From Lingula anatina (lineage: Eukaryota > Animalia > Brachiopoda), in assembly GCA_051362555.1 (NCBI GenBank), contig CM120643.1, forward strand, positions 10,850,001 through 10,914,000: a stretch of 64,000 nucleotides of DNA, written 5' to 3'. The notes beneath the pieces were generated by a model that searched no databases, was not told the origin of the DNA, and saw only the letters and a program-made list of their open reading frames with translations. The stretch's first letter is position 1; every line of letters begins with the position of its first letter. Position numbers and translations under genes: made by a program. Positions 1 to 10,793 of the stretch are shown piece after piece.

Positions 1-1683
1 TCATGCCCTGGATTTGTATAAATTTGCATAAATGACATGGTTTATAATATGGGATTCCCATTGATCTTTTATATGAGTGTACCACGTTTGAGCCACTTGG
101 CTTATCTGAAGCCAAAGCTTTGAAGGGCGGAAGTCCAAGTGTGATTTATATATTTTTTAAAGTTATGATTATTAACCTCAAATAACTTTCTTTATATAAA
201 CAACAAACAAATAGAATACCTAGAGCTTTTGACAATAACGAGCATTTTGTGATTAAATTTCCCTCTGGTTATAGCATTTTTAAAAGCACATTGTACGTTA
301 AAGGGACTGTTAGGTTTTATTATCATCTAAATACCGAAAATGAATTTTTTACTGCATCTACATATGTAATAATGCATCAACCTTTGTGCCGATTTAAAAT
401 GATAACAATCCACTTGGAATATATATAATATCAGCGCTTATTTTTCTTGATGCTATGAAAAGCTTTTATCCTCACTTAAATACACCTTTCTATTTTGATG
501 TGAGATAGCAATCGATTTTAGGCGTAACATCATCACTAAACAAGATTTTCTGGCGAAAATTGGCATAGTTGGCAACTAGTCTATGGGCTTTATTTTAGTG
601 TCGTCATTTTGGTTTAAACGGTTTTTGTTATACAGTAATGAGCCTCTAATTACAGATTTTCATTAAACAAAGGCATTATTTTGCTTTGTCAATAATAAAA
701 TCTAATATAAAGCTTAAAAATCGCTGGCAGGGTTTTGAAGTACTAAATGGTGTCATTAAATTGGCATTTAAACGGTGTCCGTGGGTGCTCAGGTAAAGGA
801 GAAATTTGAGAAACCGGTTTTTCATTTTTATCTCAAAATCGCAATTATGACGTCACCCGTAAGATGACGTGTGTAAATGTTAATTGTCAATGAAAAATGA
901 AGATTTATCAAAAGAATGTATATAAGGCAGTAAATAAGGAGTTTTTTGACAAACGCTTATAGTATCCTTAATACCCACACTACAACGATTCCGTTTAACT
1001 TCTCTTATCTGACTACATCATACTTCCATGAGGACCTTAGCTGCTGTCCGACATGTATTATGAGTCGAGTGTAGTCACTTGCTTAAATTTAATTGTTTAT
1101 CCTAATGAGAAACTGTTAAAATGACCAATTAAAGTGAATGCCTTTTTGGCAGTTTTACAGGGGGCAGCTATTTAAATGTTTTAATTAAATCATTGTTCAG
1201 ATTTCTTTGTCCAAATGTGCAATTACAAAAAAAATACACAAAGTATAGCAGTGGTATCATTTAGGGGAAGTTCACAAACATTTAAGGCGTACCATCCAAC
1301 AATGGGGGTCACAGTATATAACAACGCGTCAACATGGCATAAATTTATAATTAACTTGTATTGTTTTTACATAAGATTTAATCAATGATTTTTTGTAACT
1401 TAATTTCGTTTGATTTTTCATTCAACTTTAATACAAGAAACTTTCAAACGTTTCCATTGAAATTCTAGGATATCTATACAAAACCCGCTTCTGCAAGAGA
1501 ATTTAGAATAAAGTTCAGCATTTTTTATTAAATAGCACAAGAGGTGCAAGAATTTCAGCTGGATGCTCAGTTAGGTCTGGAAGTTATGCTTATCGAACAT
1601 CTCGACGGATGAACATTTACACATTAAATAATTTTTAAAAATTTAAGTCTCTCTCTCTCTTGCTCACTTGCTCCGACCCCTTA

Positions 1684-1716
<33 letters not shown>

Positions 1717-1774
1717 GATCAGGGCCAGACATCATGCCAGACCCCTATCACATAAATATGATAACAATGGCAAA

Positions 1775-1929
1775 CATTGCCCCGCTTAAGTAGGCCTGTT
1801 CTCGACGTTATCAGTCTCACCTGTTTCACACCCACCGAGCCAATGATCCTGGAGTGTTTGCCGTGGTGACCTTATTTCCGCAAAACGTCTAGGTGCCTGG
1901 GACCTAGACTGGACAACGATCTCTTTAAG
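1775..1929 (+). promoter_or_regulatory. Putative promoter and non-coding first exon of acyltransferase copy 1
   Basis: Donor aag|gtgaga at 1929/1930. The block cattgccccg..cgacgtt..gagccaatgatcctgga is clearly homologous to 5816-5892 upstream of copy 2. Confidence 0.55.
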
Positions 1930-2762
1930 GTGAGAACAATTTTAAAAGTTAGGTTAATTTTGACATGTAGAAGCAGTATCACGACCATTCAAGGTTTCGC
2001 ATCAAGGCAGCTATTAGTCAAATAGTAATGCTTCGCGTCACTTATTGGGCCACGGAAATTAGTTTTACAGGTGAAAACTTAGGAAGGAGTTCATTTCTAT
2101 TTGATTTACAAAAGTTGTTAATTGTTGTTCTGAAAAGACGAGAACTGGGGATGAGAGAATGGTATGTATTCATTGTCTGGGGGAGAGGATGGGAGGCAAT
2201 TCGGATTTTGTTTTATGGATTCAGAAGTTTCTTCTTGTTAGTTTCAAAGATCAGAGAAAGGTACGTCACAAGACAACCAAATTGGGTAGCAACCCCAACA
2301 GAACATAGAATTCTTAATGCCATTTCAATCAATATGGTCTCGAACTTGGCTAAAACCTACAACGCCAAGACACTATGTAGACTAATTCAGACCAAGAATT
2401 TGGAGGTGGGGGTGTATTCACGCCAAGTCTGAGTCTGATGGAGTCAGAATTATAAAATTATTGAGGGCACTTTTGTATTCGAAGATTTTAAACTTTAGCT
2501 ATGCAAAATAACCACACTTATCTTTATCGCAAGCTCTTTTTTTTTGGCAATCACATGGCAAACAAAACTAAAACTACCACATTTTACGCCTTAAGCTTAC
2601 TAGTAGTAACAGAAGTAAGTGTCCCTTTCGATAAAATGAAGTGAATTCCGTCGGACATATATGCGTATCCATATCACACAAAGGAAGACTATATATATTC
2701 AAATGATATGATAGACTTCAAAAACATTTCCAGGCACCTGTACTATTGCACAACCTGTCAGC

Positions 2763-4292
2763 ATGGCACCTCCAGCCGACACCATACTCCGTCCGCTTGG
2801 TCGTATAGAAAACGTTATGAATGTCATGCATGAGCACGGCAATACAACCAACGTGTTTGGCGTGTGGATCAACACAAAGACTCACGTGCCAGATGACACA
2901 TGGGAGCGCTCATTGATTCTGCTTCAGAAGAATTTTCCAACGCTGCGACTGCGAGTGGTGCAGCAGGATGGCAAAAGGCATTTCAAGTTCATGGAAGATC
3001 CTCACGTCGACTTCGAAGCTCAAAATTTGAGCAAACCTGACAATTGGAAGGATCTGTATGAGAACTTGCTGCAAGTAAGGTTTGATACTGACAAAGGTCC
3101 TCTGTGGAAGGCCAGGTTTTTGCGTCTACCTCAAGTATCGGACAAGAACGAAGGCGGCGGGGACAGGGAGTTTGGCCATGCCAATATCCTAATGTTCGTT
3201 TTCCATCATTGTATTACAGATGGGAAGTCAAACATCATCATGTTGTCTCGCCTTGTCCATATTCTCAACGCTGTATTAAGTGGAGAGACAGTAGAGGAAA
3301 ATGATATCACTACCCTGAAACCAACGATAGAGCACCTAATTCCAGAAGAAAATTTGAAGTTTCGTTTGAAGGATTACCTAGAGCTTGGAAAAACTATCTA
3401 CCATAATATGTTTCCCCATAAGAACTTGTTCTTGAAGAAATTTCCAGCCCCGCAACTTACCGAAGGCGACACGGGCCGCATGAGGGTTATTCCTTTGGAG
3501 CTGACAGAGCGTGAAACGGAGAACCTTTTGGTCAAATGTAAGGAACACGGTTCAACCGTCAACGGTATGTTTTTGTCTGCTGCAAACATTGCAATGTCAC
3601 GTCTGATCAACGAAGGCGCCACCCCAAGTTCTATGACATTCCACTCTACGCATGCCGTTACCTTGCGCCGGTATGTTCCAACGGACTTGAGCAACACCCT
3701 GGGATGTTTTATAGGCCTTCACCAAGTCGTCATGACCACTCCAGCTGATACAAGTGACCATTTCTGGCCGCTTGCCGCGCAGGTCACCAAGAACATCCAC
3801 GACGTTTTGGACGATGGTAGATATCTTCAAGAGTACCGTGTGATCCTAAAATTATTCTCTGACGAAAACGTCAAGAAGATTCTTACGACGAAGATGTGCG
3901 ATAACGAGTACGAAGCATCCAACATCGGGGACTACGACTTGGTATTTCCAGCGGAGGATAAGCATGTGAAGGTCACCAAGATCGTCAGTTCTACGGCCAT
4001 GCAGGACCTACACACGCCATTCGTGCATTACTTGCGCAAGTTCCGTGGGCGGTTTCTGTATAACCTTGACTACGCCACTAACTGGACGTCCACCGAAAAC
4101 GCGCACAAGTATGCTAATATGACCGTTCAGCTGATGAAGGAAGCTTCCAAAAGAAACATGTGCACGTCATCCTGTATGGACTCAAACCTCCCCGCTAGTT
4201 TGTTACAAAGACGTATCGGTATGTCTTCCAAGGCTACTCCCAGTGTGCGAGGGCTCATACGCTTCAGCAGAATTCTGCGTTACGCACGATGA
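2763..4292 (+). CDS. CoA-dependent acyltransferase (condensation-domain / alcohol acetyltransferase-like, CAT fold), copy 1
   Basis: 509-aa uninterrupted ORF. Has N-terminal 'LRPLGRIE', 'GPLWKA', the catalytic HHxxxDG motif (FHHCITDG, HHCITDG at nt 3204-3224), and second-lobe 'CKEHGSTVNG', 'TLRRY' and 'SNIG', typical of Atf1/PapA5/condensation-like acyltransferases. Splice acceptor tttccag at 2727-2733 precedes the ATG. Confidence 0.88.
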   Translation: MAPPADTILRPLGRIENVMNVMHEHGNTTNVFGVWINTKTHVPDDTWERSLILLQKNFPTLRLRVVQQDGKRHFKFMEDPHVDFEAQNLSKPDNWKDLYENLLQVRFDTDKGPLWKARFLRLPQVSDKNEGGGDREFGHANILMFVFHHCITDGKSNIIMLSRLVHILNAVLSGETVEENDITTLKPTIEHLIPEENLKFRLKDYLELGKTIYHNMFPHKNLFLKKFPAPQLTEGDTGRMRVIPLELTERETENLLVKCKEHGSTVNGMFLSAANIAMSRLINEGATPSSMTFHSTHAVTLRRYVPTDLSNTLGCFIGLHQVVMTTPADTSDHFWPLAAQVTKNIHDVLDDGRYLQEYRVILKLFSDENVKKILTTKMCDNEYEASNIGDYDLVFPAEDKHVKVTKIVSSTAMQDLHTPFVHYLRKFRGRFLYNLDYATNWTSTENAHKYANMTVQLMKEASKRNMCTSSCMDSNLPASLLQRRIGMSSKATPSVRGLIRFSRILRYAR

Positions 4293-5814
4293 GGAACTCT
4301 GCATAAATTGTGCTTCTCTTTAACAGACCAAGGTTTCGACATTATTTGAGTACATTCCCTAATATAACTAATCAACTGCTAGAAAATTTTAATTAGCATT
4401 CCCGTGATTGGAACAAGACTCAGAGGAGGGGGAGGTAGGGGATACTACATGTGCTTTTTACTTATATATCGTACCAATAATTAAAAGAAAAAAAAACGGA
4501 TAGTGCCATATAACACCCCACGTAGCTGTTGTTAATTGAAAGTTCAATTGGTAAAATACTTGATACAATATGAGCCGATTGCCAGGGACCAATATTAAAA
4601 AGGCTGTAATCAATATTTTAAATTTTTTCATACATGGTATTAATTCAATCAGTCATTCTTAGTCTGATTATATTCACACTTGGGAAGCTATGATGTACAA
4701 GTAGCTTTAGTTAATATTTCACATCTAGCAGGTCAAACTTTGACGGCCTTTGTTCTAACAAATAAACCGTTGCGGCTTGATTACATGGGATAATTGGGAG
4801 TGCCCACCATGAGGGGGTGGACTTGTCTGAAGTAACCAATCAGTTAATAAGTTATGTGCTTGACAATTTGATTGATAAAGTTAAGCATAAAAATATGTTA
4901 ACTTATATCTCAAGGGGGAGACTAGGAGAGAGACTAGAGAGATCTGGTTTGAGGCTTGGATATGACCATGCTTGTACAATGTAACTTTTCGTTTAGCAAA
5001 AAAAAATATTCTGTTGCAGTTGCAACATGGAGTTGTTTCATTCTTTTCCTTGTGCAGATCCTAAGACATAGAACCCGGGAATCACCGTAGCAGTAGTTTT
5101 AAAGAATTTGTTATCCAAAGATGAGATCCCAATGTGCCCAACTTATGGGGTTTTATTTTTAAGGGTTATTAAAGGTATTGTGGGGGTAGGGTGGTCATAA
5201 AAAGGTTTCCTCACAAGTAAAAAGGACCCTTACACGAGCGAGATCGCAGCCAGTAAACGTTAACCCTGTCTCCGCTTAAGATTTCATCTCTTTACATAAA
5301 AAATAAAAAGGATTCTTATAAAGGTGTTTAATGCATGATGAGGCTTCAATGAAAGAGCGATTCCTACCCTTGCGCTCTTTCCTGGTTTATCCATGTAGTT
5401 CTACATGTTTTATTCAGTAAATAGTATATAATACAGACAACCCCCTTTCCTCACGCAAAGCAAAATTCGGACGATATAATTGGTGTTAACTTCAAAAACG
5501 AAACATTGGTATATTTTGATACACCAAACTTAAATCTTACAAAAATCATCCTTTTCATTCTTTAATTATATAAGTTGTACGTTAATTTTTTTGAAATTTT
5601 TCTTCTAACTTTTTGCAAATAAACAATTTCCACCACAGTTTTTATGGGGTCCGGACGTTGTATTTGGTAACTTAATAGACTGATGCATACTCCAAAAGTA
5701 CATAACACTTATTGAAAAAATAGTAAATTCTCCCCCTCCCCCTTTCTTTCTCTCATATTCGATGGGTGCCAGGCCTATCCCTTAAAATTGAGATTACAGT
5801 ATCAGACAGACAGT

Positions 5815-6006
5815 GCATTGCCCCGGTTAAGAAGGCTACGACGTTGTCAACCTCATCAGTGTTTTTACACTCACTGAGTCAATAATCCTGGATGAACTGG
5901 GAGTCCGGGGTGACATTACCCCAGGCCAATAACTGGGTCCAAGGACATTATCTAGAACATTGCGAGACCCAGACTTCTCAGCGGCGTATAGAACCGTAAA
6001 GAACAG
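5815..6006 (+). promoter_or_regulatory. Putative promoter and non-coding first exon of acyltransferase copy 2
   Basis: Donor cag|gtaaaa at 6006/6007; homologous to 1775-1929. Confidence 0.55.
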
Positions 6007-6897
6007 GTAAAATAATTAAAACAGTTAAAGTAACTTGTAAATGTATTATGCATGTAAAGCCTAAGGGTAAATCTGCCATGTTGAAGCAGCATCTAGACAA
6101 TTCACGACTTAATAGTAGGATGGCTGCTTATCAAACATTGCTTCAAGGCACTTGTTGGGCCACGAAGAAATGGTTTTAGAAGAGTAATCGCAGGAACCGA
6201 TTGGTTTGTATTTGCCTTTTTTAAAAAAACTTTAGATATTGAATGGCAGAACCAATTAAATCTTGGGAATACAGATTTTTTTCCTTTTGGGGGGGAGTGG
6301 GAGGCAACTCGGGGTTTATGAATTCAAAAGCTTCTTCATAACATAAGAGAAATTCTTACCCGCACCGACGTCACGAAACTACCTTCTTATGTAGGGGGCC
6401 CATGGGAACACATGGCTATTAATGTTATATCAATCAAGATGGTCGTATGCATGCCTTAAAGCTGCGACACCAAGGTACCATCATCTACTTCAGATCAGTA
6501 ATGGGAAAGGGGGGGGGGGGGGGGGCATTGATCAAGAGTTCACGGCGAGAAGAGGCGGGGTTCAGATATTTGATGGGGGGAGTTTTATTCGAGGATTTCG
6601 CGCTTTCATTTTCTAAAATATCTTCTATAGTTATCAGAAAGTCACTTATGTCGCCAGCAAATGGTGAACAACTTATACGTATGCATACCACATTTTTACA
6701 CCAAGAACGACTAGCCATCAGACCTAGTATTGGTATGAGGAAGAAACTTTTCCATTCCATAAAATGAATTGAAATCTGTCGTACATATGCATTCGTGAAA
6801 CGCATTTTATAGGGTAAATTAGCAAAAACAATTTCAAAAACATTTTCAGGTACCTGTGCTAATCACTGACTAATACATCTTTCCACCAACCGCCAGC

Positions 6898-8418
6898 ATG
6901 GCATCCCAAGCCACCATACTCCGTCCTCTTGGTCGAACAGAAAACGCAATGAATGTCATGCACGAGAACGGCAACATCACCAACGTATTTAGCGTGTGGA
7001 TCAACACGAAGACTCATGTGCCAGATGCCACGTGGGAGCGCTCTCTGACTCTGCTTCAGAAGAATTTTCCAACGCTTAGACTACGAGTAGTGCAACAGGA
7101 GGGCAAAAGGCATTTCAAGTTCATGGAGGAGCCTCACGTCGACTTTGAAGCTCAAAATTTGAGCAAACCTGACAACTGGAAGGATGTCCATGAAAACTTG
7201 CTTCAAGTAAGGTTTGATGGTGTCAACGGGCCTCTGTGGAAGGTCAAGTTTTTGCGCCTACCTCATTCAACGGGCAAGAACGTAGGCGGTGAGGACAGTG
7301 AGTTTGGGCATGCCAATATCCTTATGTTCGTTTTGCATCATTGTATTACAGATGGGAAGTCAAACATCATCATGCTTACTCGTCTCGTCCACATTTTGAA
7401 TGCTGTAATAAGTGGAGATACAGTAGAGGAAAACGATATCACTACCCTGCATCCAACTATAGAGCACTTACTTCCAAAAGAAAGCATAAAGTTCCGTTTG
7501 AAAGACTATCTTCAGGTTGGAAAAATGATCTATCATAATGTGTTTCCTCATAAGAATTTGTTCTTGAAGAAATTTCCAGCACCGCAACTTGCTGAAGGTG
7601 ACATGGGCCGCATGAGGGTTATTCCTTTGGAGTTGTCAGTGCCTGAGACGGAGAACCTTTTGTTCAATTGCAGAGAGCATGGTTCCACTGTGGAAGGCAT
7701 GCTCTTATCAGCCGCCAACATTGCAATGTCACGTCTGATCAACGAAGGCGCCACCCCAAGCTCTATGACCTTTCATTCTACGCACGCAGTTACGTTGCGC
7801 CGGTATGTCTCAACGGACTTGACCAACACCCTGGGATGCTTTATTGGTGTCCACGAACTCGCCTTGACCACTCCAGCTGAAACAAGTGACCAGTTCTGGC
7901 CGCTAGCTGTACGAGCCACCAAAGAAATTCACGCCGTTTTGGACAACGGAGGACTTCTTCAAGAGTACCGTGGGATCCTAAGATTATTCTCTGAAAAAAA
8001 CGTCAAGAAGATAATGGCAAGAAAAGTAGCTGAAAACGAGTATGAAACGTCCAACATCGGGGACTACGACCTGGTATTCCCAGCGGAGGATAAGCATGTG
8101 AAAGTCACCAAGGTCGTCAGTTCTACGGCCATGCAGGACCTACACACGCCATTCGTGCATTACTTGCGCAAGTTCCGTGGGCGGTTTCTGTATAACCTTG
8201 ACTACGCCACCAACTGGACGTCCACCGAAAACGCGCACAAGTATGCTAATATGACCGTTCAGCTGATGAAGGAAGCTTCCAGAAGAAATATGTGCACTTT
8301 ATCTTCTGTGGCCGCAAACCTCCCTGCCAGTTCGTTTCATAGACGCATCGGTATGCCTTCTACGCCTAAGGTATGCGGGCTCATATGCTTCAGCAGAATT
8401 TTGCGTTACGCACGATGA
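6898..8418 (+). CDS. CoA-dependent acyltransferase (condensation-domain / alcohol acetyltransferase-like), copy 2, tandem paralog
   Basis: 506-aa uninterrupted ORF, about 82% identical to copy 1 by hand count. LHHCITDG motif (HHCITDG at nt 7336-7356). Acceptor ttttcag at 6843-6849. Confidence 0.88.
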   Translation: MASQATILRPLGRTENAMNVMHENGNITNVFSVWINTKTHVPDATWERSLTLLQKNFPTLRLRVVQQEGKRHFKFMEEPHVDFEAQNLSKPDNWKDVHENLLQVRFDGVNGPLWKVKFLRLPHSTGKNVGGEDSEFGHANILMFVLHHCITDGKSNIIMLTRLVHILNAVISGDTVEENDITTLHPTIEHLLPKESIKFRLKDYLQVGKMIYHNVFPHKNLFLKKFPAPQLAEGDMGRMRVIPLELSVPETENLLFNCREHGSTVEGMLLSAANIAMSRLINEGATPSSMTFHSTHAVTLRRYVSTDLTNTLGCFIGVHELALTTPAETSDQFWPLAVRATKEIHAVLDNGGLLQEYRGILRLFSEKNVKKIMARKVAENEYETSNIGDYDLVFPAEDKHVKVTKVVSSTAMQDLHTPFVHYLRKFRGRFLYNLDYATNWTSTENAHKYANMTVQLMKEASRRNMCTLSSVAANLPASSFHRRIGMPSTPKVCGLICFSRILRYAR

Positions 8419-10285
8419 TGAACTCTCCAGAAATTGTCTTTGGCAAAATCAAATTTCCACGATATATACCTTCCCCAATATAAACATATTAAATACTAGA
8501 AATAAATAACCTTCAATGCAGCCTCCGTGGACTGGACCGGCTCGGCTCCGTGGACTATGTAACAGTACTAACTTTTATTTAGGCTTTATATACTTGCACT
8601 TTTGTTGGATTCTAAAATGCAGGAAATCAGTGAAACTTTGTTCAGTTCTCAATATCTGTAGTTCATTAAAATTGCAAGTAGGTTAAATACTTGCAATGGT
8701 ATGAACCGACTAATACCGCAAGTGGGCCTTTAATTAACTGAGTTTTCCAATTGTATTTCCATCTGTACACACTTAAATAAAACAATAATTTCAGTGCCTT
8801 TAACGCGTTGTCATGTTACACGTCAGCAGGATTTCCAACTTCCACGCGCTCTCTCTCTCTCCTGGTTTATGTCCACTTCTCGTTTTAGGACTACATGTTA
8901 TGCAAAGTTTTTTACACGGATATCCGTCCAGTTCTTTAAATTAGGTCTATTTACGAACAGAAATTTGAAGGAAGTGAAGTTTTAATGCTTTTTTTTTTAA
9001 GGATGAGGGTTTGTTTAATTTGGTTTATGCCCTGGCATGTCGACTTTGTTTGAAACTAATAGAAATGGTTTATATGCATTATAGTCAATCCACGTTCTAT
9101 TCATACGTAACTTTCTGTCATCCACAAAAATGGCCAGACAGGTGTTTTAAGAATTCGTTTCTCAAACCCCACCGTCCTCAAAATGACCAAATGGGAAAAT
9201 AAACAGATATTATGGCACTGCATTGCCATGCATTGAAAGTCAAGGGAAAATGTTAAACTGAGAAGGCGTCTGTGTCACCATTTAGTTAAAACAAATAGAC
9301 CAGTTCAGTGAATCAAAGGAATCGGGAATCAAAGTTTTCACCTTTTTACTGATGGTTTAAGTGTGTTAAAAGCCAGTCTTTACTATCGTCTAAAAAGGGT
9401 CCTTTCAAAAAACAAAGCCACTGAACAAATATAAAGTAAAACGGACACGTTCTAGCACCCAAGGGCCAATGTCGTCAAAATACATGCAAAATTAACACAA
9501 ACCCCCTTAAAATCAATAACATTCAAAAAATACTCCAACATGCCGATTTCTGAAAGGAACCTGCCTTATTAGCATACAAAGCCACTCTGCAAATTAGAAG
9601 TAAAACAATAATATGGTTTGGCACTTGCAAAAAAATCATTATCTTTCACATCAAAATAACCCTTTTTTAAAGAGACCCATTTTTAAAGAAACAATTCTAC
9701 TAAGAAAATTTAAAGGAAAACGAAAATACGGTTTGGTACCTCGAACTGTGACTGCAACATGATCAGACACAGTAATCACAATATAATTACACAGACAAAA
9801 TAGTGTCTAAATATAAAAATAGCGACAAAAGACATTATTTCAATTTATTTCATAATGTCCCCCCTCAACTTCCGATGAAATTTAATATTGTGTAACAGAC
9901 AAAAAATGCCTAAGATTCAGTTGTCAAAAAATGACAGTTGAATCAGTATTAACAAAATATTTTATTTTCTTATGTCATTAGCTTTTTTGGAACAATAAGT
10001 TTGATTTGTTACGCAAACCTCTCAGTTATAGATTCAGGACATTGGTACAAAAAAGGCTTATTGGAACCAGGCAAATATACAGCAGTGGAAGACGGTAATT
10101 AGAACTGGAGGTGATAAATTGGGCATAGGGACAGAAAAATTGCTTCATTTTGTCTCGTTTTGAAAGTTATATCGTTTAGTTTTGTAGGTGTTAAGGTGTA
10201 CCTCAGAAACTAATGGAAAGGCATGTACCTGCTGATGATCCTCCACCCCCGTGCCATATAACAAATAAAATCACTAAAAAACATA

Positions 10286-10759
10286 CTAGTCACTGTAGGA
10301 AATTTCACTGTCCTTTCTGCCTCTGCCTATGAGATCTCTCTTTGAGAAATAAAACCTCATCCCTCTTCCATATGAAATAATGAGCCAGCATGCTATTGCA
10401 ACGCCCCCTATAATATAGGTCCATATCACTGTCCTCTCATCTGGCAGATAACACTTTGAGATGGCATAGTTATTGTTGCTCACCTTAATCTGGAAAAAAA
10501 TAATAATCAGATGTGAATATTGTTTTACATATTAAGTAGAAGAAAAATAGATATGTCTACAAGTATACATACATTATGCCAAGTCAGTGCATTATATCAG
10601 CATACATTGAGTGATGTAATTGTTTGACATTTTTGAACTGGCTACATCATTTCTTTTAGATTTAACTGATGAAAATCAAATGCTGACAAAGTCACTTAAA
10701 AATGTGGTTGTCATCTTGACTTATTTAATGAAAGCTCCAAAGGGGGTGGGGGTTTGGGG

Positions 10760-10793
<34 letters not shown>

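Noticed and set aside
298-971. Possible TTAA-flanked Kolobok-like non-autonomous element
   Set aside because: TTAA occurs at both ends, but the terminal inverted repeats match only about half their positions; too weak without copy-number data.
2028-2432. 134-aa ORF upstream of acyltransferase copy 1
   Set aside because: Lies in the inferred 5'-UTR intron, has no recognisable domain, and is not preserved as an ORF in the paralogous intron.
4290-4350. Stop-codon read-through or selenocysteine at the TGA of the acyltransferases
   Set aside because: Copy 2 has TGA TGA, the downstream frames are not conserved, and no SECIS-like element was seen.
3104-7880. Short alternative-frame and antisense ORFs within the acyltransferase genes
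   Set aside because: Shadows of the main CDSs; their similarity between copies simply follows from the duplication.
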